DNA of 41,832 bases from Opitutaceae bacterium (GTDB taxonomy: Bacteria > Verrucomicrobiota > Verrucomicrobiia > Opitutales > Opitutaceae), in assembly GCA_046704465.1 (NCBI GenBank), contig JBJKRV010000097.1:1-41832 (forward strand). Reading direction: 5' to 3'. The stretch's first letter is position 1. Each line of letters begins with the position of its first letter. The notes below the pieces were generated by a model. That model was not told the DNA's origin. It searched no databases and saw only the letters and a list, made by a program, of their open reading frames with translations. Shown in pieces: positions 26,311 to 34,410 of this stretch. The translations under genes and the position numbers were made by a program.

Positions 26311-26555
26311 CAGGCCAGCCCCCGCTTCAACCGCTCGACCTCCAGGATCACGGCCTGAAGTTCGCCCCATGCCTCGGTCAACTGGCTCCACTGCTCGGCC
26401 AGCATCGGCACCGGCAGCTCGGCCGCCGGCGTGAGCGCGGTATTCAGCCCGGTCCGGATGGCTTCGGCGTCGCCTTCGATCCGGAGTTCCAGCCGTCTTT
26501 TTTTATCTTCGGCCTCGGATAGTTTTCCGCGCATGGCGGCCCTTTCCATGCTCAT
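26310..26555 (-). CDS. Hypothetical coiled-coil protein
   Basis: ATG 26555 overlaps the upstream stop (ATGA). Confidence 0.45.
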   Translation of the reverse strand: MSMERAAMRGKLSEAEDKKRRLELRIEGDAEAIRTGLNTALTPAAELPVPMLAEQWSQLTEAWGELQAVILEVERLKRGLA

Positions 26556-26929
26556 GCCGCACTCCCTCCCCGTCGGAGCATCGGGCAAAATTGGTTTTGG
26601 TCGATCCGCTGCACCAACCCTTCAAGGGTCCGTGTCGATAGCGTGATGATCGATGTCAGATCGCCTGCGAGCCGCTCGTATCCTTTCACGAGCAGAACGT
26701 TGTCCTCGTAAAATCGCGTGACTTTCGCGACGTCTTCGCGATATTGACTCAAGACCTTCTGGAGCTCTTTCCTGTGATCTTCCGCCGCTTCCTGGAACTG
26801 TTGCCGATGCTCCCGCATAATCCGGTCGATCTTCCGCTGATCGATGTACCAAAGCACCAACACCGCACCCGGCATCCCGAGAATTGAAATCACCAGAGCA
26901 ATCAACGACATCGACACCCCTTCAATCAT
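26552..26929 (-). CDS. N-terminally membrane-anchored coiled-coil protein (i-spanin-like or lysis regulator)
   Basis: One N-terminal transmembrane segment (LIALVISILGMPGAVLVLWYI). A GGGGAG Shine-Dalgarno sequence lies upstream. GTG 26932 is an alternative start. Confidence 0.45.
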   Translation of the reverse strand: MIEGVSMSLIALVISILGMPGAVLVLWYIDQRKIDRIMREHRQQFQEAAEDHRKELQKVLSQYREDVAKVTRFYEDNVLLVKGYERLAGDLTSIITLSTRTLEGLVQRIDQNQFCPMLRRGGSAA

Positions 26930-26990
26930 CACCGGCTCCCCTCAAGAAAGGTTTGGCGGCCGGATGGCCCGCCTATCGCCACCGCTGCAC

Positions 26991-27080
26991 GTCCACGCAT
27001 GTCCACCATGTCCACACCGTACATTTCGTCCATGCCTTTTCGTGTTGTTGTGGAGAAAACCATCCGGCCGCCTCGTCCAC
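26991..27080 (+). repeat. GTCCAY array D
   Basis: GTCCAC at 26991, 27001 and 27010, GTCCAT at 27028 and GTCCAC at 27075. All lie in the 193-bp intergenic region 26933-27125. Confidence 0.7.
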
Positions 27081-27125
27081 TGGGGCGCGATCGCCCCTAT
27101 CCACTACGCACCGCCTGCGTGTTGG

Positions 27126-27434
27126 TCAGTGAAGAAAATACTGCGCGATTGTGAGCCCAACCGAAATCCCGGACGCAAAAACAATGAGGACAATGCCCCA
27201 ATATTCTTTGATGAAGGATTCACTGGTCACGAATATTTTGTGGGTTTTGACCAGCCCCTCGTTCGCCAGCTTTTCGACATCCTTTTTCAATGCCTTCAAG
27301 CCGTCAGCATATGCAGCCATTTCTCTGTCGATGAAGGCCTTGACCGCCTCTTCCGTCTTCATTACATCCCCTTCGACTGTCTCAGCGGTCTTTTCCGCAA
27401 AATCCTTGTATGGCTGAGGCGCATTTGTCGTCAT
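27126..27434 (-). CDS. C-terminally membrane-anchored hypothetical protein (lysis cassette)
   Basis: The C-terminal transmembrane segment is YWGIVLIVFASGISVGLTIAQYF. Confidence 0.45.
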   Translation of the reverse strand: MTTNAPQPYKDFAEKTAETVEGDVMKTEEAVKAFIDREMAAYADGLKALKKDVEKLANEGLVKTHKIFVTSESFIKEYWGIVLIVFASGISVGLTIAQYFLH

Positions 27435-27448
27435 CTTTCGATCTCCCC

Positions 27449-27485
27449 GTTCGTGTTAGTCCGTGAAAGTCCGTGACCGTCCGTG
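27449..27485 (+). repeat. Phased GTCCR array A (four units, 10-bp spacing)
   Basis: GTTCGTG at 27449, and GTCCGTG at 27459, 27469 and 27479. The array lies between the holin stop and the next start codon. Confidence 0.8.
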
Positions 27486-27496
27486 TTCGTTTTTAC

Positions 27497-28096
27497 CTAC
27501 TTCTTCCCCGAAATCACCGAGGCCATCGCAGAAATCATTCCGGCGGGCTTCACGGTCGATTGACCGATCGCCATGTTGTACCGGGCGGTCTTCTCCGTGG
27601 TCCGTTTCCCGAAATATTGATAGACGATGGTCACGGGAGCCGCGAACACGGATCCAATGATCGGCCATGCCGACGACAGGTCGTTCAGCGCTGTCGGCTT
27701 CAAAAATATGGCGGCGATCACGGCCAGCGTGAGCGCGACGGTCTCGAAAATGAGCAGCCGGGACATGTTCTCCGCGATCTTCGGCCGCGTGCTCGACCCG
27801 GCCGCGTCCGCCTGGGCAAGGCTCGCCTGGACAGCCGCGAAGGTGGTCAGTTCCGTCGATTGCAGCCCGATTTTTGCCTTCGCGATATCGGCCTCGATGG
27901 CCTTCAACTTCACCATCGTCGCCGGGTCCGCTGCCGCAAGCGCCGTATTCACGACATCGGGCGATGCCGTGGATTCAAGACCCAGGCTTTGCGCGAGCGA
28001 GGATGCGATCCCGGCCCCGGCAGGGCCGCCGAGCGCCGTCCCGATCACTTTCAACCCGATGTCCCCGGCCGTCTTCGCAACATCTGTCCAGTCCAT
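27497..28096 (-). CDS. Holin (GTA-type 3TM holin family)
   Basis: The internal ATG at 28096 (MDWTDVAKTAGDIGLKVIGTALGGPAGAGIASSL...) overlaps the endolysin stop (TGATG). Confidence 0.7.
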   Translation of the reverse strand: MDWTDVAKTAGDIGLKVIGTALGGPAGAGIASSLAQSLGLESTASPDVVNTALAAADPATMVKLKAIEADIAKAKIGLQSTELTTFAAVQASLAQADAAGSSTRPKIAENMSRLLIFETVALTLAVIAAIFLKPTALNDLSSAWPIIGSVFAAPVTIVYQYFGKRTTEKTARYNMAIGQSTVKPAGMISAMASVISGKK

Positions 28097-28593
28097 CACA
28101 TCCCTCCCCAATGCCGCGCCACCGTGAAAACCCGAGTCAACCATCCTTCGCCGTACTTGCTGAAGTTGCGCGAGCAGGTGTATCGGATCGCCCGGATCGC
28201 CATGAACCGGTCGGCGTACCATGCAGCGGCCCGCTTCATGGCTGCCGTGGTCTTCGGCCCGATGACCCCGTCCATCGTGAGGTCCAGGGCATCCTGCATC
28301 ATGTGGATGGCATCGTCAGGGGATTGATTCACCGCCGAGTCAAAAACGAACAGGGCCAGCGGCCACGACATGTCGTCGCAGTGGCATTTGTCCCAGTATT
28401 CTTTCCGGTAGATGGCGACGGCCTGGTCGCGGGTGAGGTTTTCGACGTCTACGTCGGGGTGGAATTTCTGAGCGATGCCGAACTTGGTGGTTCCGCCCGG
28501 GTCGTCCGGGTCACGGGTGACTTTGTCCAAGCCTTCAAGGTCGACAACCAGGTCGACGGCATACTCAAACGGGTTGGCCGGTGCATGCGTCAT
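28096..28593 (-). CDS. Endolysin (glycoside hydrolase family 108 with a C-terminal peptidoglycan-binding domain)
   Basis: Contains EGLDKVTRDPDDPGGTTKFGI...YRKEYWD...DGVIGPKT. ATG 28593 has GGGAGG 7 nt upstream. Confidence 0.8.
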   Translation of the reverse strand: MTHAPANPFEYAVDLVVDLEGLDKVTRDPDDPGGTTKFGIAQKFHPDVDVENLTRDQAVAIYRKEYWDKCHCDDMSWPLALFVFDSAVNQSPDDAIHMMQDALDLTMDGVIGPKTTAAMKRAAAWYADRFMAIRAIRYTCSRNFSKYGEGWLTRVFTVARHWGGM

Positions 28594-28664
28594 GGTCAAT
28601 CCCTCCCAGAAACAAACCATTCAAATTTTCTTGACCGGAATACTCCGGATGACGTATGCACCAT

Positions 28665-28707
28665 AAAAAAAAGCCGGAGCGCTGTCGCTCCGGCTTTGCT
28701 TCTTTTT
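28665..28707. terminator. Bidirectional rho-independent terminator
   Basis: A 10-bp stem (AGCCGGAGCG / CGCTCCGGCT) with a 4-nt loop. It is flanked by A8 on one side and by the T-rich TTGCTTCTTTTT on the other. It separates the lipoprotein genes from the late operon. Confidence 0.8.
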
Positions 28708-28783
28708 GCACACATTGTGAGGTGTTTGCCCCTTATTGCTTCCTAATCTGGCACCCCTTACCTGCTCCGTCCATGAAACTCAA

Positions 28784-29203
28784 TCACCCCGGCACCCGAT
28801 ATCGCAACATTTCTGCCCGGATATCTCCATCATCCCCAAACCCCATTTGCTGGGCATAATAATACGTTAACGCCGTGGAGGTGTCGGAGGATGCCTTGAA
28901 CTCGATCCGGATCACTGGAGAGTCGGCAGATAGCTCTTCGCATACTTCCAGGAAGCCCGATTTCGATTCCGGGTAAATTCGGGAGATGATATGGGTTCCT
29001 CCGCCGCCTAATAAAAGATCGCCATTAGATGCGACGTTATCTTGTAGCCAATAACGCATTCGGTCGTAGAAATTCTTGTAATTTTCGGTGACCTGGTACT
29101 TATCCATGGTCCCATTGGATATCAGCCAGGCACGCGCCTGTTTCGTTGTAGTGCACCCGAGTAGCAATATGAGGAAAAAGCCCAGATATGTTGCTTTCTT
29201 CAT
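28784..29203 (-). CDS. Lipoprotein (moron)
   Basis: MKKATYLGFFLILLLGC carries a lipobox. By eye the GC content is visibly lower than in the flanks. Confidence 0.7.
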   Translation of the reverse strand: MKKATYLGFFLILLLGCTTTKQARAWLISNGTMDKYQVTENYKNFYDRMRYWLQDNVASNGDLLLGGGGTHIISRIYPESKSGFLEVCEELSADSPVIRIEFKASSDTSTALTYYYAQQMGFGDDGDIRAEMLRYRVPG

Positions 29204-29231
29204 GCTGTGTCTCTCCTTTGTTTTCGCGACA

Positions 29232-29696
29232 TCACTTTTCCAAGCTATTCTTTAGGCCATATAGCTTCAACTGGAGATCGTTATACACATTTTTCCAATC
29301 AAGAAGTGACGCCTTGGAAACGGATCCGTTAGGCATCTTCGCTCTGGCATCTGCCGAGGCGATTATTTTCACACCATCCCCCATTTTGATAAAAATATAG
29401 GTAATTTCCTCATCATTCGTGCTGTATCCGTTTCCAATGGAGAAAATGACCGCCATATTCTGATCGCTATCAAGCGGATGTGTCATTCTCAACATGGAAG
29501 GGCTTTCTTCTTCGAATTCATATCCATTTTGAATGTCTTCTGACATGATTTTGGATTTTACAGCGCTGATACCAGCCCCTTTGATAATGACTTCCGGCTT
29601 ACCCGATGAAGTATATGTAAACTTTTTAGCTGGCGTAGCACATCCGTAAAACGCCATAATTGTTATACAAAGACAAACTGTTATATACTTTTTCAT
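29232..29696 (-). CDS. Probable lipoprotein (moron)
   Basis: MKKYITVCLCITIMAFYGC carries a lipobox-like motif. GC content is low. Confidence 0.65.
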   Translation of the reverse strand: MKKYITVCLCITIMAFYGCATPAKKFTYTSSGKPEVIIKGAGISAVKSKIMSEDIQNGYEFEEESPSMLRMTHPLDSDQNMAVIFSIGNGYSTNDEEITYIFIKMGDGVKIIASADARAKMPNGSVSKASLLDWKNVYNDLQLKLYGLKNSLEK

Positions 29697-29793
29697 CCCT
29701 TACCCCTTTTTTGATTTCCTATGTTCTATTCAAACCACTCCTGGGCTTCGACCATCCGCAAGAACACAACATTCCCGACTTCCGCCACCCGTC

Positions 29794-30276
29794 TCAGCCC
29801 GCCTTTTGCGTGGTTTTACCCCTTGTTTGCTCCGCGATTGGAGCGTCGTGACTTTTCCCGCCGGCCGATTTCAGCGCGTCAACTGCCCCTTTGACGTAAT
29901 ATTCCATCCGCTTCATGGCGTCTGGATCCAGCTTTTCCAATTCCATGAGCCCGCGATTGATCGCCAGGGCTGTCTGTTTGTCTATAAAATCCCGGATCAC
30001 AGTGATGTGTTCACGATCTATGGCCGTTTCCCCATTCCCCATGATATCCGGATCTCGCTGGTGATGATGACCGCATTCGCGGTTTTTTCCAGTCAGCAAC
30101 CAAGCCGGATCAACCCCATATTCGGTCAATTTTCTCAGAAAAGATCCAGGGACATCTCGCTCCCCACGCTCATAATATTGGTATGTACTTAATGCACACC
30201 CCATTTTTTGAGCCATATCCTTCTGTGATAATTGCCATTTTTTTCTTGTCTCACGAATCCGGTTTGACAACTCCAT
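29794..30276 (-). CDS. XRE-family repressor (Mu c-like by position)
   Basis: The HTH is LSQKDMAQKMGCALSTYQYYERGER. The gene is divergent from the ner-like gene. The first ATG is at 30276, and the track start at 30306 is a GTG. Confidence 0.7.
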   Translation of the reverse strand: MELSNRIRETRKKWQLSQKDMAQKMGCALSTYQYYERGERDVPGSFLRKLTEYGVDPAWLLTGKNRECGHHHQRDPDIMGNGETAIDREHITVIRDFIDKQTALAINRGLMELEKLDPDAMKRMEYYVKGAVDALKSAGGKSHDAPIAEQTRGKTTQKAG

Positions 30277-30376
30277 TTTGCGTTTTTCCTGTTGACAAAT
30301 AACCACGTTGCCGGTTACAAATCAAGTGTCTATTTGAGTTCTCTAATTCTGACAGCAAAAAAAGAAAGCGGACTTC
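30277..30376. promoter_or_regulatory. Divergent immunity control region
   Basis: TTGACA at 30292-30297, then 18 nt, then TACAAA on the + strand. TTGACAA-like repeats lie at 30264 and 30292, and CTGACAG at 30349. Confidence 0.45.
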
Positions 30377-30643
30377 ATGCCCAAAGCAACGGAAAAGACC
30401 GATATGCACCCCGCCGATATCAAGGCGGCCCTGGCGAAAAAGGGGTACACCTTCGCCCGGATCGCCAGGGAACACGGCTATGCGCCGAACTCCCCGAACG
30501 CCGTGCTGAACAGGTCGTGGCCGGCGGTGGAGGAGATCGTGGGCCGTATTCTGCGGAAATCCCCGCGCAGCATCTGGCCGAGCCGCTACCAGGGCCGCAA
30601 GCTGGTCACGGCCCGTCGTAATCATATGAGAACTCGACTTTAA
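30377..30643 (+). CDS. ner: Ner/Nlp-family DNA-binding protein
   Basis: MHPADIKAALAKKGYTFARIA...SIWPSRY matches my recollection of the Ner/SfsB family. Confidence 0.85.
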   Translation: MPKATEKTDMHPADIKAALAKKGYTFARIAREHGYAPNSPNAVLNRSWPAVEEIVGRILRKSPRSIWPSRYQGRKLVTARRNHMRTRL

Positions 30644-30657
30644 TTTAGCGGAACCGG

Positions 30658-31143
30658 ATGGAATTGGCAATGTCCAAAAGGCGCGCGAAATCAGGCAGTG
30701 ACCAGCCCCTCCTCGATTACCTGGAGCGAATCCAGGCCGAGTCCAGGAAGTCACGAAGCGACGAAGGAAGCCTGAATATCGCGGACCGGCTACGCGTGTC
30801 GATGCGCCAGGCCATCAAACGCTGCCCGATGTCCGTCCATCAGATCGCGGGTGAGATGTCGCACCTACTCGGCGAAACCATCACCGCCGAGATGATCTAT
30901 TCCTGGACCAGCGAAAGCAAGAGCCTGCATCAGATCTGGGGCACCCGCCTCCCCGCCTTCTGCAAAGTCACCGAAAGCCGCGAGCCCGTTGAAATCATCG
31001 CGGACGCCGCCGGGCTTTTTTGTGTCCCAGGCCCGGAAGCGCTGAGAGCCGAAATCCAGCGCTTCTCCGAAGCCGAAAGCAAGGCCCGCAAGGAAAAAAG
31101 GAAACGTCAACTCTTTTTGGAGGAACTGGAGGGAAGAAAATGA
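30658..31143 (+). CDS. Hypothetical early protein
   Basis: The ORF lies in the early operon. I make no confident family call. Confidence 0.55.
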   Translation: MELAMSKRRAKSGSDQPLLDYLERIQAESRKSRSDEGSLNIADRLRVSMRQAIKRCPMSVHQIAGEMSHLLGETITAEMIYSWTSESKSLHQIWGTRLPAFCKVTESREPVEIIADAAGLFCVPGPEALRAEIQRFSEAESKARKEKRKRQLFLEELEGRK

Positions 31144-31499
31144 ACCCCGACCGCCTGCGCCTCGAAAACTGCCACAAAAGGGACCTGGTCCGTCACCTGC
31201 GCCAGGACCCGGCCACGAAGAGCCTCTTCCCCCAGGAAACCCTGGACCGGATCATCCTCCGCAGAAAGCTCTGCGATTGGGCGAGCATCAACCGGCGCGT
31301 CGACGCCCTGGCGGTCCAGGCCGGCCGCTCGCGCGACTACAAAGAGCGCCGCCGCCTTCTCCGGAGCGTCAACAGCCTCATGAAGCGGGCCAACAAGATT
31401 TACCTGGAGATCGACTCCCTCCTGAAACGCTTCCCGTCCCTGGCCCAGTACGTTTCCACCCAGTCCATAACGTCCACCACCACGGAGGTCGCCCAATGA
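31140..31499 (+). CDS. Hypothetical early protein
   Basis: ATG 31140 overlaps the upstream stop (ATGA). Confidence 0.55.
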   Translation: MNPDRLRLENCHKRDLVRHLRQDPATKSLFPQETLDRIILRRKLCDWASINRRVDALAVQAGRSRDYKERRRLLRSVNSLMKRANKIYLEIDSLLKRFPSLAQYVSTQSITSTTTEVAQ

Positions 31500-31786
31500 A
31501 AACATACCGCCGTATCGGCGCCATTTCCCTCACGTTCGACATCCTCCATCACCTGGCGGACCAGCAAGAGCCGGTCTCCGGCGCCGACATCGCCCGTGCC
31601 CTGGAGGCCCCGGTAGCCACGATCATGTGTCACCTCGTGACCCTCGCAGATAAGCGCATCGTCCGAAACATCGGCGGCGCATGGGAATTGGACATGGGCC
31701 TGGCCCTCTTCTGGGCCAGGAAAAAGGCCAACCTCGAAGGCACCATCGACCGCGCCCGCCAACAACTCAATCAACTGGAGGTATAA
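31496..31786 (+). CDS. Winged-helix DNA-binding protein (IclR/MarR-like HTH)
   Basis: ATG 31496 overlaps the upstream stop (ATGA). The sequence reads LTFDILHHLADQQEPVSGADIARALEAPVATIMCHLVTL. Confidence 0.55.
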   Translation: MKTYRRIGAISLTFDILHHLADQQEPVSGADIARALEAPVATIMCHLVTLADKRIVRNIGGAWELDMGLALFWARKKANLEGTIDRARQQLNQLEV

Positions 31787-31789
31787 TCC

Positions 31790-32716
31790 ATGCCACGAAA
31801 GACCGACCCCACCACCGAAGCCGCCCTGGAAGTCGTTCGAATGGAACAGGCCTTGGAGTCAAAGGCCATGAACGACCAGGCCGAGAGGGAGCGCCTGATC
31901 GCTGAATGCCACCAGGTGATCGGGCGCGTTCAGGCCAATCAGCTCATGGCGAAATTCGGCAACGTTGCCAGTTTGGTCTACCTGAAGCAAGTCAAGGATT
32001 CCAAGATTTACAAGGACCTTCCGGGCATCGGAACATGGGATTTGTTCTGTGAATCCATCGGGTTGGCTCGGCGCACGGTAGACGAGGACCTCCTGAACCT
32101 GTCGACCTTCGGTGAGGATTTTTTGGAAACGTGTTGCCAATTACAAGTCGGCTACCGTGACCTCAAAAAGCTCCGGAAGATCACCCACGAAGGCACCGCC
32201 ATCGCCACCGAAGAAGGCCTCGTCATCGGTGACGAGATCGTTCCCTATGACGACAAGGAAGAATTCCAGGCCGCCATCGAGCGCCTTCTGGAAGAAAGAG
32301 ACCGCCAGCTCGAAGACGCCAAGGCCAGCCTCCGGGCCAACGAAAAGGTCCTGAAATCCAAGGCCGACCTCCTCAAGAAGCAGGAAAAGGCCCTGGCCCG
32401 CTTCGAGCAACAGGCCGAAGCCAAGGGCCTCACCCCCGAGGAAGACGCCTTCGTCCAGAAATGCGAGAACGCCCGAATCACCATCGATGGTTTTCTGAAC
32501 CAATTCGACCCGGACATCAACCCGCTCCCCGATGACGCAACGGAACGCATGAAAAACGCAATCATGCACACCCTGTCTTGGTTCAAACGCTGCATCCTTA
32601 CCAGCTTCGATACCGCCGCCGATCTCTACGGCCTGCCGGACATGGACGACGGCGGCGGTTGGACCCCTCCGCACCTCCAAGACACCGAACCGGACTCAAC
32701 GTCCATCGAGGAATAA
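31790..32716 (+). CDS. Hypothetical coiled-coil early protein
   Basis: A GGAGG Shine-Dalgarno sequence lies upstream. 308 aa, upstream of the transposase. Confidence 0.6.
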   Translation: MPRKTDPTTEAALEVVRMEQALESKAMNDQAERERLIAECHQVIGRVQANQLMAKFGNVASLVYLKQVKDSKIYKDLPGIGTWDLFCESIGLARRTVDEDLLNLSTFGEDFLETCCQLQVGYRDLKKLRKITHEGTAIATEEGLVIGDEIVPYDDKEEFQAAIERLLEERDRQLEDAKASLRANEKVLKSKADLLKKQEKALARFEQQAEAKGLTPEEDAFVQKCENARITIDGFLNQFDPDINPLPDDATERMKNAIMHTLSWFKRCILTSFDTAADLYGLPDMDDGGGWTPPHLQDTEPDSTSIEE

Positions 32717-32719
32717 GCC

Positions 32720-34402
32720 ATGGATTGGGCTCAAACCATGACCGACCGACTGTCCCGGGCCGTGAACGGCGAAAAGGACAGGATCATTGCCGAATACCGG
32801 GCCATGACCGGCAAAAGTGCGGCGACCCTTTATCGGATCGCGAAGCAGCACGGGTTCGATTCGGGCCGCAAGCCACGGGAAGACAAGGGCTGCCTGCGCT
32901 GCGGCATCTCCGAGGATGTCCTGCAATTCATATCCGCGCTGATCTCCGAGACGCGCCGCCAGGTCAAGGGCACGATCCTTCCGCTGTCCGAGGCCATGGA
33001 GATCGCCATCGACAACGGCGTGATCGAGCGCGGCCAGATATCGGAAGCGCGCCTTCAGGCCATACTCCGGGAGCGAGAGATGAACAGCACCGCCCTGAAC
33101 GCCGAAGACCCGTCCATCCGCATGGCGAGCCTTCACCCGAACCACGTTCACGTCTTCGACGCTTCGATCTGCATCCAATACTACCTCAAAAATTGCCGTG
33201 GCCTTGCCATTATGGATGAGCGGGATTTCCGGGAGAAAAAGCCGAAGAACTTCGAAAAGATCAAGCGCCGCATCTTCAGGCTCATTCTCGCTGATCATTT
33301 CAGCCATTTTTTGTTCGTCAAATATTTTGAAACAACTGGTGAAAACCAGCTCATGACCTACGATTTTCTGACCTCGGCATGGCACGCCAAGGATCACGAA
33401 AAATGCCCGTTCCGGGGGGTGCCGAAGTTCTTGTTGATGGACGCCGGATCCGCGAACATCGCCAAGGGCATCATGGGCTTGCTCGGACGTCTTGACGTCG
33501 AATTGCCCAAAAACATGCCCCACAACCCGAAACGGCAGGGCTCGGCGGAAGAGGCGCAAAACCTCATCGAAACCCACTTCGAAGCCCGCCTGCGCCTGCA
33601 ACCCGCCACCACGATCGAGGAGCTGAACGCGTGGTGCGAAGACTGGCTGATCTGGTGGAACGGAACCCGGAAGCATCGCCGCCACCGGATGACCCGCACC
33701 GCATGCTGGTTGACCATCACCCAGGAACAGCTCCGCGACCTCCCCTCCGACGACATCCTCCGCGACCTCTATGCCGAGCCCGAGGTCGAGCGCACCGTCC
33801 GGCAGGACAACAGTATTTCATTTCGCGGGGAAGAGTACCGCGTCAAACATATCGCCGGGATCCGGCCGGGCCGGAAGGTCCGCGTCATCCTCCGGCCGTA
33901 CGACTGGCCGGCCGTCGGCATCGTCTACGGCGAAGACGAATACATCGTTCAGCCCATCGGCAAGATGGCCGGCGGGTTTGCCGCAGACGCCGCGATCATC
34001 GGCCAGGAATACAAGTCCAACCCGGACACGCCGGTCATGAAGGTCAAGAAGGCGAACGAAAACTTGGCCTTCGGAACCGAGCGGAAAAAGGACGATGCCC
34101 CGTTCGGCGAGACCCTGCAAGTCTTCGGTCACCAGGCCGAAAAAGTCCAATCCATCCCCATGCCGCGCCGAGGAACCCCGATGCCGATCGGCCGGGATAT
34201 CGCCGCCATCTCCATCTCGATCATGGAGTTGTTCAAGCGCCTGCGCGACGCCGGCGTTCAGCTCACGCCGACCCTTAACGCGGACCTCCGCGCATCCCTC
34301 GGGGACAGCGTCTCCGCCGGCCGAGCCGACGAGATCGTGACCGCCCTGGTCGACGGACAAGACTGGCATGGGACCGACAACAACCTCGAAGCCGTCATGT
34401 AG
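32720..34402 (+). CDS. Mu-type DDE transposase (A protein)
   Basis: The rve-like core has VFDASIC, LLMDAGSANIA and RQGSAEEAQ, with DD35E-type spacing. An N-terminal HTH is present. Confidence 0.9.
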   Translation: MDWAQTMTDRLSRAVNGEKDRIIAEYRAMTGKSAATLYRIAKQHGFDSGRKPREDKGCLRCGISEDVLQFISALISETRRQVKGTILPLSEAMEIAIDNGVIERGQISEARLQAILREREMNSTALNAEDPSIRMASLHPNHVHVFDASICIQYYLKNCRGLAIMDERDFREKKPKNFEKIKRRIFRLILADHFSHFLFVKYFETTGENQLMTYDFLTSAWHAKDHEKCPFRGVPKFLLMDAGSANIAKGIMGLLGRLDVELPKNMPHNPKRQGSAEEAQNLIETHFEARLRLQPATTIEELNAWCEDWLIWWNGTRKHRRHRMTRTACWLTITQEQLRDLPSDDILRDLYAEPEVERTVRQDNSISFRGEEYRVKHIAGIRPGRKVRVILRPYDWPAVGIVYGEDEYIVQPIGKMAGGFAADAAIIGQEYKSNPDTPVMKVKKANENLAFGTERKKDDAPFGETLQVFGHQAEKVQSIPMPRRGTPMPIGRDIAAISISIMELFKRLRDAGVQLTPTLNADLRASLGDSVSAGRADEIVTALVDGQDWHGTDNNLEAVM

Positions 34403-34410
34403 GAGGACAC

